DNA of 64,000 nt from Octopus sinensis. Taxonomy: Eukaryota. This document shows positions 26,673-39,532 of this stretch, in pieces; the stretch's first letter is position 1; each line of letters starts with the position of its first letter. Where the stretch lies: positions 142,848,001-142,912,000 of the forward strand of contig NC_043000.1 in NCBI RefSeq assembly GCF_006345805.1. Reading direction: 5' to 3'. The position numbers and the translations under genes are program-made. Below the pieces are notes generated by a model. The model worked only from the letters and a program-made list of their open reading frames with translations, ran no database searches and had not been told where the DNA came from.

Positions 26673-27007
26673 AAGATAGTGATTAGTTTGATGAACAAAT
26701 TTTAAAAATTGCATATTACTTAAAAGAAAATGTCTACTAAAATTTCTTTGGTGCAGAAAACTTTGTAACATCGATTCAAGAGGCTAATAATCATCTAACA
26801 CATATATTAGGTGGAGATGCTACTTGATATTTAAATTTAAGACCAATATTGATCATGAATTTTAAAAAAGTCTGCATGATTTTCAAGCATTTATCAAGCA
26901 TTTCTTTCCAATTTATTAGTAATCCGATTGAAAAGGTTGGCTAACAGATTGTTATTTGAAGATTTGTTCAAAACATATTTCTGCAACAAGAGCAAAATAG
27001 ATATTGT

Positions 27008-27310
27008 TTGTTTGTTCCTTCTCGAGCCATGCCTTGCTCATAAGGGCCGGTTTCCTGGTTTCTTGGCGTATAGGTTCCCCACCTGGACAGAACGCTGGTC
27101 CATCGCAGGTGAGCTGCAAGATTCGGGAGGAAAGAGTGAGAGAAAGTTGCGGTGAAAGAGTCAGCAGAAGTTTCACCATTACCTTCTGCCAGAGCCGCGT
27201 GGAGCTTAGGTGTTTCGCTCATAAACACACACGTCGCCCGGTCTGAGATTCGAACCTGCGATCCCTCAACCACGAGTCTGCTGCTCTAACCACTAGGCCA
27301 TGTGCCTCCA
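27008..27310 (-). mobile_element. tRNA-head SINE family D (tail type 1) with 15-bp TSD
   Basis: Minus strand has A-box TGGCCTAGTGG and B-box GGTTCGAATC; TSD CAAAATAGATATTGT at 26993-27007 and 27311-27325. Confidence 0.9.
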
Positions 27311-28084
27311 CAAAATAGATATTGTAATTATACAAATCTAGATTCTAGAAAAGAGTTAGTCACCTAACTGTACTTAGTGATTCTAGTTACTTAAAGTTGT
27401 ATATTTGCCACCCAATATGACAGCGTTGCCACCACAGAGTTGGTAACCAAATAACAATATTTCAAGTTGAAGACGTTCAAAATGTTTGTCCAGGCTCTTG
27501 AAAAGCAACAGGAGAAAATGCAATCAATCATACAGATTTTTAGAACTTTATCAAAGAATGTATTACTAAATATTTTGTTATGTACAGAATGAAGTAATAG
27601 CTAGCAACATGAGAGATGTCTGGGAAAATATAATTCTTTGTGTAAATAATTCTTATAAATTAGAGGTGAAGTTCATAGCAGAAGTCACTTAACTTAGTTG
27701 ACATATTGCAATGTCTAGAATAGATGACAATAAAGTCTAAATGTTTCTTGACTTGTAGGTGTTAAATTCAATGATAAAGACCTAAATTTAGACCAGCAAT
27801 AAACACAGGATGAGGATGATGGTCAAGATAGAAAAGACGAACCTAAAATAGAAAAATAAGTAAACAAACAAACGAAGTTTGTTTTAGAAACGTTTGAGAT
27901 GTCTTAGAAAGTTAAAGAATTTATTTTTTTTTATTCTCAAAGGCAGGATAATGCTAATAATATATCATGAACAGGATAAACTACCCCTATTTTGCAGAAA
28001 AAGAATTTTCAGTTAGGCATTTTAGATCTGTTTTATTGATACTGGATTCTGAACTAAATATAAAGAAATAGGGAGACCTATTGA

Positions 28085-28510
28085 GTCAAGTACATCGACA
28101 TCTAAAATCAATGGAAATTGTAGTTGTGATCCCTGTGCTGGTGGCACATAAAAAGCACCGTCTGAACGTGGCCAATGCCAATGCCGCCTCGACTGGCTTC
28201 CGTGCATGTAAAAAGCACCATCCGAACATGGCCGATGCCAGCGCTACCTTGACTGGCTTCCGTGCTGGTGGCACATAAAAAGCACCAATCCAATCGTGGC
28301 CGTTGCCAGCCTTGCTTGGCACCTGTGCTGGTGGCATGTAAAAAGCACCCACTACACTCACGGAGTGGTTGGTGTTGGGAAGGGCATCCAGCTGTAGAAA
28401 CACTGCCAGGTCTGACTGGAGCCTGGTGCAGCCTTCTGGCTTCCCAGATCCTGGTCGAACCGTCCAACCCATGGAAAACGAACGTTAAACGATGATGATG
28501 ATGATGATAA
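28085..28510 (+). mobile_element. RTE-type 3' end (family C) with four internal core repeats
   Basis: Repeated ...TAAAAAGCACC units, then the conserved 3' block and (GAT)n. Confidence 0.85.
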
Positions 28511-29686
28511 TGACTGACTCACATATGTAAGTAATAAAAGATGTGCGATATTATTTTCATTCTTTATAGCATAACTAACAGTAGTGTTAAATGCATCAGC
28601 TGGCAAGAAAATATTCAGTGTTAACTAACATTTGCTCTCACATTGTAACCAAGAGAAAGAAATCTAAGTATTTCAGAATTCTGGCTGCTATCATCAGTTT
28701 TCATTCTTGTTATCTGGTTCTGAAGAAGCAAGCTTACTATTTAGAAATGTTCATAAAATGCCATGGTGTATTCATGGTCTTTTTTTTTCCCTTCCATTTT
28801 TTATTTGCAAAGCCTGCTATAAATATTAATCTAAACTTCCTTATATCATAATTTACTGTTTCAGAAAAAGGAAGGACACATTTTTATTATGTAAGCCTAG
28901 GTACACCATGTGTGCTGAAATGATGAAATTTTAATCACGGACCTGTTATATCAGGCTGAGAAGAAGTTAAACAAATTGCTAATATTTTTTTTCTTTTACT
29001 CATTGTGTTTCAATGTACTTGTATGCTCAGTTTAATATATTCAAATGTATTGCTGAAATAAATTCATATTTCAAAATTAACATATGCATATTTATTCATG
29101 CACGCTTACATACAGAGGTATCTAAACCAGCACACATACACACACACACACACACACAGAGTCATTTAATTATACAGACATTTCTATTCTTCTGTATAAT
29201 CCTTTTTTCCATGGAAGCATGATGGAACAATGACATATTTTACCCAATAATTAATTACTCAATGAACCATACAATACCTGCTGCTTCTGTTGACAGCTTG
29301 GGAAATGAATGCAAGCAGGGTAATAAACACTAGTATAATTTCTTCATGCATTTAATTGACTAAACAGTCTCCTATGAAATATATACAACAATGGGAAAAG
29401 TGGTACGTGATAGATTAAAACAGAAGACATATAAACTGAATTTTTCAGCAAAGAATCCAGCAAATAAATTCTATGAAAAACTGACAGTGAAAAGAATATA
29501 TATTTGTGAGAATATAAATGTGTAGAGAATGGAATAGACAATCATTATATCTTTCACCATACTGCATTTACTATAACTAATTATGTGAGTGAAATTTACA
29601 ATGAGGTGAAGGCTGTTTGGTGCTAAAATCCAACATAACAGCATATGATCAGAAAATAGACAGCTCTCATCAGATCTAATAGTTAA

Positions 29687-29726
<40 letters not shown>

Positions 29727-30039
29727 ATGAACACTCAGATGAGATATTACCTACAACCCATATCTGAACAGCCATCCAGTTACTCCATTCAGATTTATGA
29801 TCTGAGTGGAGTGACAAGTAATCTTTGTTCCACCAATAACCACAGATATTCCGAATATCTCTTTTAAATACCAATTTAATTTTACTTTCAGGTACATTTT
29901 ACTTATATGTCCTTGTAAGAGCATAGACACTTAAATATGTCTAAAACAGTGATGATTTGCATCTAACAATAAATTCAGGAAAACTCAGGAAGATTCACAA
30001 GGAAGATCGTCTCTTTGCAACAGCTCAGCTACTGGGAAA

Positions 30040-30448
30040 AGTTGAAACAGCTAAGAATCTACAACCCCTGGAGAGAAGACGGGAGAGGTATGCAGTAATA
30101 TATATCTCGGAGATCCTGGGAGGAAGTGTGCCAAATTTTGGCATTGAAAGCTACACCAATGCCAGAATGGGACGACACTGCATAGTGCCAAAGATCCCAG
30201 CATTGCCATCACGCTTCAGGACCAGTAACTGCAACAGCCTGGATTTCAAGGGCCCACAGCTTTTTAATATTCTCCCAAAGAGTCTGAGGAACTTGCACAA
30301 AGTAGATGTAGGGGTTTTTAATTCAAAGCTGGACCTCTTCCTGTCAAGAGTCCCAGGTCAACCTACCTCATGGGGAGAGGTGAAAATGAGGGTAGCTATA
30401 TGAAACTCCATTCTTCACCAAGTGCCACATATTAGAGGAGGCTCTTAG
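30040..30448 (+). pseudogene. CR1/L2-group LINE ORF2 C-terminal remnant
   Basis: ORF 29957-30403: LQPLERRRERYAVIY...GPQLFNILPKSLRNL...FNSKLDLFLSRVPGQP, a typical post-RT C-terminus. Confidence 0.8.
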
Positions 30449-30746
30449 TAAAAAAACCTTAGGAATGAGAACCCAAGGTTGGGTTCAAAATTCCACCAGG
30501 ACACCTGATGAAGACGAGATTAAATCAGCTGAAATGCTGTGGTAACAACAAACAAGATGAGGACACAAATCTATCCAATGTAAATAATGTAAATAATGTT
30601 GTGTACCTTTGTTCATCCTTGGAACCTAAAATAGAGAATCCCTGGAATGTACTACAAATGTTCAACATACCTCTAAGTGACTGTATTTGGAAAATGCAAA
30701 TCAGTTTGCTCTGGTGTATTAAGTATATTGTTATATATTGCATTGC

Positions 30747-31108
30747 ACAATTCATAAATAAGGGCAAACGAAAAAATTTCCAATGCCAAATATGCCGAAA
30801 AATTGGACATATTGTCCATTAACCATTAATTTTTGTGCTCATGACTTAGTGTTTGCTTCTTCCATGGGTATGAGTAAGTATCTCATTTATTTCTTTTGCC
30901 ACATGTATCACTGACGAAGGGAGGGCTGTTATAAGCTAACCCTGAAATCGGTCCGATATGGCAATAATGGAATTTTTTAGAAATTTGTCGACCTTTTTTC
31001 AAGTAGCATGCGGATTGTGAAAAAATTAATGGTTAATGGACAATATGTCCAATTTTTCAGCATATTTGGCATTGAAAATTTTTTCGTTTGCCCTTATTTA
31101 TGAATTGT
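30747..31108. repeat. ~87-bp inverted repeat pair with a 187-bp spacer
   Basis: 30747-30833 vs reverse complement of 31021-31108, about 2 mismatches. Confidence 0.9.
30896..30964 (+). ncRNA. Type I hammerhead ribozyme-like motif (PLE-type)
   Basis: TTGCCA(catg)TATCA-CTGACGA-AGGG[18 nt]CCCT-GAA-ATCGGT-C-CGATATGGCAA; GUC site; one A-C mismatch at the stem I base; folded by eye. Confidence 0.6.
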
Positions 31109-33188
31109 TTATGAAATTAACCTTTAAAGGTATTTTTTAATATGCTGGCCATTGATAAAATTTTTTTGGGAAAATAATGTTTTTTCGAAAAATTTTATCC
31201 TACATTAGATATTGCATTGCACATATAATAATAGGTAGCAATGGATATATGAACTGTAGGTTGCTATAGGTTTTTCATTAGTTCTCATTAGATACAAGAC
31301 TGTACCTAAATGCAACATGAGGAGATTAAGCAATCATATCAGCAACTGGATTAGAGCAGCTCAGAGCCAAAGCTGAAGTCAATAGAGAAGAGTGATCTAT
31401 TTTTGATTCTATAACTTGTGACTCTGCATAATGATGGCCATGATTGACTATATTTCTTCTGAAATGTCTATATGGTGAACAGATGTAAAGAGATAATGAT
31501 TGTGATGATGCTGACAAAGCGTCACTGCTGTTATCACTACTAATGATACTGATGATGACACTGATGTTGATGATGACGATGACAGTGATGATGGCGAGCA
31601 TTTGGATTATTAAATTTGTTTAAAAACCAAATATTTCCCTGATTCCTGAGTATAGTTTTGTGAGCCTCTCTCTCTTTCTCTCTCTCCTTTCTCTCTCTCT
31701 CTCTCTCTCATTTTTCTCTCTCCTTCTCTCTCTCTCCATCTCTCTCATGAAGTGAATAGATTTGATCACTCTTTGATTGCAACATTTGATGGGAAAAGTC
31801 AGATAGTTGACTCTGTTTATCTCACTTGTGTGAAATAAATATCGATTGAATGTTTATTGATTGATCATGGTAAAAATATTTTTAAAAAATATTCAGTACA
31901 ATTTTCATAAACAAGAAATATAGGTACATAATGTCTCTCCACCTTTCTCTCTCTCTCTCTGCATTTGTTTATCTATCTCTGAGTGTATAATGTACATATA
32001 TATAAGAGACAGAGAAAGAGGGAGTAGCATGTATGTGTGAATACATTTAAAAGTATCTCAAAAAGAAATGGAAAAAGTGATTTAAAATATATGCAATGTT
32101 TATTTTCCATATTACTGTGAATGATTTTATTCAGAATTATTTATTTCATTAAAAATGTTTTTCCAACGACTAAATTTTTGGTAAATAATCCTCACTGATT
32201 TCCAAAATCCTTTCTGCTATTAGCCATGGATTGCTTAAATGCCTGATAGTAATGTTTCAGATAGTAGCTAATTCAATAACCCTATATGTCCAATGTATCT
32301 TACACCCAAATGTTATTACTTTTGTTCATTCAAGCATAGCGCTGGTCTTTACAGAAACATAGACATGTAAAATTCGTTTGTCTGGAATGTTTTAAAGAAA
32401 GCAATTAATGTGATGTTTAAGTAGCATTCAGGTCTTGGATGTGCCTATGTATTTTGTGGTGATAGTGGTATATTTTATATACATTATCTTTGTATATGTT
32501 TTACATATAAGTGTTTATATGAGAAACTTCACAAAAACATTATATACAAACTTAAATAATAAATACCATTTTACCTAGGTCAACCCTCAGATTCCGCAAA
32601 CCTAAGATTAAATGTTCACCAGCCTTGGCTAAGACATTTTATTGCTGACACACTCTATTTAGGTTTACATTGCTCTTTCAGATCCGAAAGTATATTTTAT
32701 TGCTATTACTAGCAGACTGAACAACCAAATAGTTGTTTGCCTATTGGCTTTTGCAAATAGTTTACTTGCATATGCATGTATGTGCATGTATGTATGTTGT
32801 TTGTGAGAATTATGTTTACATGAGTGAGCATGTAAGTATGTGTCTGTTCTTCTTGGCAGCCACATGAAACCATCTATGACTTGATAGTAGGAGAGGCAGT
32901 GTTTGTTTTTTCTTGTAAATGTAGTGGAGGAAATTTATCAGTGATGCTTTGTTATTTCTTGAGATTCTAGACCAGAGATGCTAGTATAACTCTGCTCTCA
33001 TGGACTGCAGAAAACTGCTTGTAGGGCTATTGTAATGGATATTGTACTAACTTTTTTCTTTTCTTCTAGCCATTTCCTTCATTTTGACTCTGTATCATCT
33101 ACCCTCTTTCTTTATAACCCACCCAATATTGTATGCAGTCATTTGTTGTCTTCTCACATACACCCGCAATCAAACCACACTCAAGATA

Positions 33189-33587
33189 TCTTTATATATA
33201 AAAGTAAGGTTGTGTGTCTGTCTGTCTCCTACGATTTAGATTCCTAACTACTCCCACATTTTGCGGTGCAGTTTAACCAAAACCGGGTATCTTATAGTCA
33301 TGATTCATATCGAGCCCTTCTGGGTAGCACGCGTCTACGATGAGTCTACGATTTTAAAAAAATTTACCATAATTTTTTCCATTTTAATGCATTTTTTTCG
33401 CTATTAAATAAGGGAAGTAACTCTCTAAAAATGTCTACGATGAGTCAACGATTTAAAAAAAAATTTACCATAATTTTTTTTTCCATTTTTAATGCATTTT
33501 TTTGCTATTTTTTGGCTATAACTCTCTAAAAATGCTTATATAGCTATTTCCCTTACAAACCCGAGCAACGCTGGGCGATACTGCTAG
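33189..33587 (+). mobile_element. Non-autonomous Helitron
   Basis: A|TC...hairpin...CTAG|T; same family as 24555. Confidence 0.85.
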
Positions 33588-34187
33588 TTGTTTGATAATA
33601 TCTTTATAATGGATATTTGGATGCTCGTGTCAATAGTTTCTTCCTTTCAACTCACCATAGAGTTTGTCCTTAGGGAAACTAGAACAACATATAGGACAGG
33701 TATCTCACCCACCACCCCTTGCAATTCCAGTAGGATACACTCAACATTAGGTATATAAACAGAACCTCACAGTTGCAATGCAAATATGGCCTTAGCACAT
33801 ATAGATCATAGCTGTTGCATCTGGAAGCACATTAACTTTTTGATAAGCCTATGAAACAGTGCGTACGTCACAGCTCGGTTCACACATGAAATTGTACTAT
33901 TGCTTGATATACTTCATATTCTGTTGACAGCTTTATGCATTGTTGTTTTCACAATCAATTATTGAGCTTTCTGAAAATGACTACGTCTGACTGTATTTAT
34001 AGATTCACCTCTGTATCTTGGCTACTTTTGTTGGAAATTGTACTGTCCAAATGTGTAATTTTCTTCACAACTAGAAATTGATAGCCTGCATGAAGATCAA
34101 AAGTTCCTGTTCTAGTACTCCATGAATATTCAGATACAAGGCTTCAGTCTCTTTTCATATTCATTCTTTGGCAAAAATTTGATGTTC

Positions 34188-35045
34188 ATCATCATCATCT
34201 TTTAGTGTCTGTGTTTCATGCTGGCATGGGTTAGACGGTTTGATTGCAACTGGTAAACTGAAATGCTGCACAAGGTTCCAATCTGATTTGGCATGGTTTC
34301 TATGTGGCTGGATGCCTTTCCTAACACCAACCACTCCGAGAGTGAAATGTAGGCTTTTTACATGCCGTGACACTGGCATTGGCCATGACTGTGATTTGGT
34401 CAGTGTTCTGAAGCATAGCTTCTCACCAAAGATCTCAGTCACTTATCATTGCATCTGTGAGGCCCAATGTTTGATGGTTGCATTTTATGTGCCACCAGCA
34501 TGGGTGCCAATTACATGGCGCCAGCATTGGCCATGACGATGATTTCACTTGGTTTCACAGGTCTTCTTAAGCATGGCGTATCGCTAAAGCATGGCATATC
34601 ACAAAAGGTCTTAGTCACTTGTCATTGCCTCCATTCAAAGATCATGCTTCACCATCTCGTCCCATGTCTTCCAGGGTCTACTTCTTCCACAAGTTCCTTC
34701 TTCAGTTAGAGACTGTAACTTCTTTACACAGCTGTCCTCGTCCATATGCATTACATGACCATACCAATGCAGTCATCTCTCTTGCACACAGCATATGATG
34801 CCTCTTATGCCCAACTTTTCTCTCAAGATGCTTACACTCTGTCATTCATGCACACTGACATTGAAACATACTAGCATCATTTCTTTGAAGTCTATGCATG
34901 TTCTTGGTTGTCACAGCCCATGTTTCACTGTTGTGTAGCATGGCTGTTTGCACTCAAGCATAATACAATAAGCCTTTCAATCTGAAGGAGAGGCCCTTAC
35001 GTACCAACAGAGGTAGGAGCTCTCTGAAGTTTGCCCAGCTAGAGG
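34188..35045 (-). mobile_element. RTE-clade LINE 3' portion (decayed ORF end + 3' UTR of family C)
   Basis: Minus strand: RT C-terminal remnant (WYGHVM-like, GRSRPWKTWDEMV-like), then the GGCATCCAGC block and GATGATGAT tail. Confidence 0.75.
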
Positions 35046-35444
35046 AGATGTCCTCTTGGGGTTAAAAAATCACAGTAGAGTCCACTCAAATGGATAGTCA
35101 TGTTAAAGTGGCTACAAATATTATTTATAGTTTTTGGTTTTACAGTTAATTTTTTAGTCTTAAAGTTGAAAAATTCCTAACTTGAAAATCAAAGCATTAA
35201 AAAACCTGCTTCATTTGATTTATAGTAAAAACCACCACTATACAAGTCAATCTTTAGCTAAGCATTTCTCATCTTACATGTAGAACCATAGAGACAACCA
35301 CATTTCCATCTGCTCTTATTATTCTTAAAGGTACCTGTAACTGTTAGAAATTCTATCTAACTTAGCTATGTCATTTGAAGTGTCCCATTAATTGTGATTC
35401 ACTATAACTGCATTTGATATAATCCTTTCTACTATAGGTACAAG

Positions 35445-35635
35445 GCTTGAAATTTTGGGGGAGGGGACTAATTGATTACACGACTCCAGTGTTTCACTGG
35501 TACTTAATTTATTGACCCTGAAAGGATGAAAGGCAAAGTTAACCTTCGGTGGAATTTGAACTCAGAACGTAGTGATGGGCGAAATACCGCTAAGCATTTT
35601 TGCCTGGCATGCTAACAATTCAGCCATCTCACCAC
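35445..35635 (-). mobile_element. SINE B variant with alternative tail
   Basis: Reverse complement of the Nin-like domain and head. Confidence 0.75.
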
Positions 35636-36749
35636 TTTGGATATAATGGCATACAAAAAGACTTGCATTTTTCCAACAATCCCCTGTATTGGTACAAATT
35701 CGTTTTATCCTCAAAAAAACTGGGAATTTGGATTTGACTTAATTCAGCAAGTTCAAATAACTAATCCCCACGTCGATCTATACAGTTTGTGGTCTTTCAG
35801 AAACATATATTGGCAACAGGAAGGGCCGAATCGGCCAGAGAAAATCTGCCTAAACAAATACTGTCTGACCAATGCAAGTATGGAAATATGGACATTAAAC
35901 AATGATGATAGTAATGATGAAGATGATGATGACATATAAATGAGTTCTCTGATCACAGCATCCCTCTCTGTTGTTGCCTTTCTTTCACTCCTTATATACC
36001 TCTGTCTCTATTTCTCTACTTCTCTTTCTCTCACCGTCTCCACCCCTCTCTTTCCTTCTCTCGCTCTCCCCCTCTCTCTCTCTCTCTTGGTCAGTCTCTC
36101 ACCCAATCACCTCGTTTCTCAGTGAAGATTCATTTAGACAAGTAACAGCCATGTTCAACACAGTGGCTCACTGAACTTGGCATATAATTACATTTTTCAA
36201 GGAAGCCACAAGACGGAGAGAACTAAGTTTAAGCTAATCAATAATTATTATTTCTACCACTTTCATTATTATTATTAAGGGTATCTCTAACTGCCAGAAA
36301 TTTTATTTATGCTCTCTGATCACACATTTCTCTCTCTCTTCCTCCCTCTCTCTCTCCCTCTCTCTGTTACTGTCCCTTCCTACTTCTCTACCACCCAATA
36401 TGTCACTATCATCCTCTTTCCATCACCCACATGTCTCTCCCATCATTATCATCTCTCTTTCTCCTTCTGTCTCTATCCTTTCATTTCTCACTCCTTCTGT
36501 CTTTCTGTCTCTCTCTCTCCTCTCTCTTTCATTCTGCAGTTTCTTCTCTGAAAAATCCAGTGAGGTGGGATAGCATGTTTAACAAGGTGGTTCATTGAAT
36601 TTAGCATAATATTGTAGTGAAGGTAGTTCAGAATTTGGAGTTTGGATTAACCAAACTATCGAAGAAAGCAAGAACTCTAAACAAAAATCTGCATGGAGTA
36701 GACAGAATTTATATGCTGTGATGAGTGCATCCCATCTAGGAGAGCAGTC

Positions 36750-37088
36750 TAGACCCCCTTCGGTCATGACACTGACCATGGGATTGCACCTAGAAAGTTA
36801 CCCTCCCAGGCACAAATCCAGGCAAGGTTGTTTATGGAAGACCAGCAGTCCCTCATGCATACTGGCCTCCCTTCTCCACGCCACCAGTGTTATCCAAGGG
36901 AAAGGCAAAGGAGCCGATACAGTTTGGTACCTGTGATGTCGCAACTCATTTCTACAGCTGAGCGAACTGGAGCAACATGAAATAAAGTGTCTTGCTCAAG
37001 AGCACAAAACACAGCCCGGTCTGGAATTCGAGCTCACAACCTCATGATCGTGAGCTCGATGCTCTAACCACTGAGCCATGAGCCTTCG
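36750..37088 (-). mobile_element. tRNA-head SINE with CORE-like central domain
   Basis: Minus strand has A-box TGGCTCAGTGG, a B-box-like motif, then TTGAGCAAGACACTTTATTTCA...CTCAGCTGTAGAAATGAG resembling the CORE domain. Confidence 0.75.
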
Positions 37089-37395
37089 CTAGGTGAGCAG
37101 TACATCTGAATATAAAACGATGCAGTATTGAAAAGAGGGGTTTTTCAGTTCTCTCAGATGAGCTCCCTAGTGTGGGCATCTTGATAACAAGCAAAGTACC
37201 CACCTATGAAATACAGAGCAAAACAATGCAATCAAGTCAATGAACAACACTAAAATTGTATACAAGACTAATACGGGGATGTAGTGACAAAGTGAGAATA
37301 TTTAGTCATCTGTAAGAAATTGTCATCAAACTTTGGCACCAACTCTCTTTGTTTCAGATTCAGAAAATGGACCGAAATAATCAAAACACCTTCAA

Positions 37396-37615
37396 CCCTT
37401 TCGTTACTGTATTTATTTTGAGATATTCTTTGTTTCTTTCAATTACTTTAAATATAACAAATAATTTAGTAAAATAACTTAGTTATTATTCAGCTAGTGT
37501 TAGGAACATAAATTGTGACTAAGGTTTGGTGGAAGATTTTAATTCAAAACTTATGTAGACAAGACATTTGTACTCAGAGCCAGAGCTGGTTTCAGCCGGG
37601 TTGGTAACGAAAGGG
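37396..37615. mobile_element. piggyBac-type MITE
   Basis: TCAA|CCCTTTCG...CGAAAGGG|TTAA. Confidence 0.85.
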
Positions 37616-38223
37616 TTAAAATCTTCTCTCCCTGTTGGATGCAAAATTTTAGGGCTAGCACCTTCAATTTTGAGATAATGAAAAGGAAAGAGATCTGAAG
37701 AGATGCAGTTAGAAATGTCCTTTATACAAGTGTTAAGATGGATGGAAGTTTAAGCCAGACTCTTCAAGGACAAAGAAATATTCTTAGAAGGCAGCATCAC
37801 TAATATCTATGGTTGGCTATTCAGCAGAGAATGAAACAAAGTTACTATGCTTGCCATAATATGTGATAAAATAAACGTATATTTATCATTGAAAAATTGA
37901 CAGCAGAGATGATCTCTACATATTCACCACAAACAAATCCAGTTGATGTACAGATAAACTGCACACTACTTCAATAGCAGATGACCCTGATCTGATGTTC
38001 TAGTGCTCTTTATTTGCACTGGTTCATGCATATACAGTTGTATTGTAAAATGCCAAGCATGCACATTAGCATGTAAACATAATTTCTTCCAAACTGAAAT
38101 TAATACTGTATGAAGAAGCATGTAAAACAGCTGTATTTTTAAGGATGTCACATGGTTAAATAAATATATAATCACCTCTCATACCTCCTGACTTAGATGG
38201 TTCATATATATTTATATATATGT

Positions 38224-38528
38224 GTGTGGAGGCACAATGGCCCAGTTGTTAGGGCAGCAGACTAGCGGTCGTAGGATCGCGGTTTCAATTCCCTGACTGA
38301 GCGTTGTGAGTGTTTGATGAGCGAAAACACCTAAAAGCTCCACGAGGCTCCAGCATGGAGTGGTGGCAATTCCTGCTGTACTCTTTCACCACAACTTTCT
38401 CTAACTCTTTCTTCTATTGGCCTGCTCGCTTAGCCAGCAGGGCAGCATCATTTGAAGGCTAAAACAATGCGAACCGCATTGTGACCAGCGATGTGTAGCA
38501 ACATCTGATAGCCTGGTCAGTGATGGTA
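38224..38528 (+). mobile_element. tRNA-head SINE family D (tail type 2)
   Basis: Shares its 5' ~170 bp with the 27008 element and matches the 63336 copy throughout. Confidence 0.85.
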
Positions 38529-39532
38529 ATAATAATATATATATATATATGATGATGATGATGATGATATATATATATATATATATATCCCTATTTATGC
38601 AGCATACAAACTGTATCTATAGCTTTAGAAGGCATGATGCTGTGGAATTGTCTGAGATAAAATCTCTTCGTAAATTTATTGTGTTAAAAATATAATATAT
38701 ATCAAGCAAGATGACTCATGAAAATGACATGCATTTCATCATTTTGTCACTTGTCAATGTTGTGCACTAATTGGTGCCTTAATGCATAGGACACACTGAA
38801 TAAATAATTCACTGATACTGTGGAAGCTTTCTGAGTTCTAGAAACTCTTTGGTTATGCAAATGAAGTAGCTTTAAATTAAAATTGTCATCTGTGTATATA
38901 CCCCCATTAGAAGGCAAGATGTTCTGCAATTTTTTGAGATAAAATTTCTTCATAAACCTGTCATGTTTTTCTACAGCCCTAATTGATGACCGAGCCAAAC
39001 TAATAACAAGAAAAAAAAACCAAAAAAACATACAATCAATGAGCATCTAACAAATTTTTGAGGAAAAACTTGGTTAGCATGTTAGATGTGGTTACACATG
39101 ATGCAATCGCACAAATGAGAAAGAAAACAAAGAAGAGTGATTTGCAGAAAAAAAAAATCTTGTGATCTGTTATTTTTGGAAGAGTAAAAAGATGCAAGGA
39201 GAATGTGTTTACATGGATTTGATAAGAATTACATTCATAATATCCAGAAAGTAAAAGAGAGAAAGAAAGCTGTCAAAATGCTATAGATAAATGAAAAAAA
39301 ACAAATAGTCATAAACAAACAGTCAATTGATGATTCATCTAAAATGAAATTGTGCAAACCAAGTGATGTAAAATCAAAGGGCAACTTTGTGTGTGTATGT
39401 TTAAGTGTGTCTACATGTACATTGATGGTTGAATGGATGGATCCATGGATAGATAGAAAGATAGATAGATAGATAAGATAAACTTACTTGGAAATGGATG
39501 CATGGTGTTCAATCAAATAATAATATAAATAA

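Noticed and set aside
27230-27310. tRNA-like sequence with A and B boxes
   Set aside because: It is the head of a TSD-flanked SINE and lacks a pairing acceptor stem; no bona fide tRNA gene is called in the window
27759-27859. Exon-like segment GVKFNDKDLNLDQQ*TQDEDDGQDRKDEPKIEK*
   Set aside because: Two in-frame TAA stops, a weak donor and no recognisable homology; no other evidence for a variant genetic code
31480-31615. Acidic C-terminus-like frame (TNDTDDDTDVDDDDDSDDGEHLDY*)
   Set aside because: Explained by a decayed (GAT)n repeat; upstream in-frame stop and no good acceptor
35637-35939. 100-aa ORF
   Set aside because: Its 3' third is a decayed family C tail plus (GAT)n; no domain recognised
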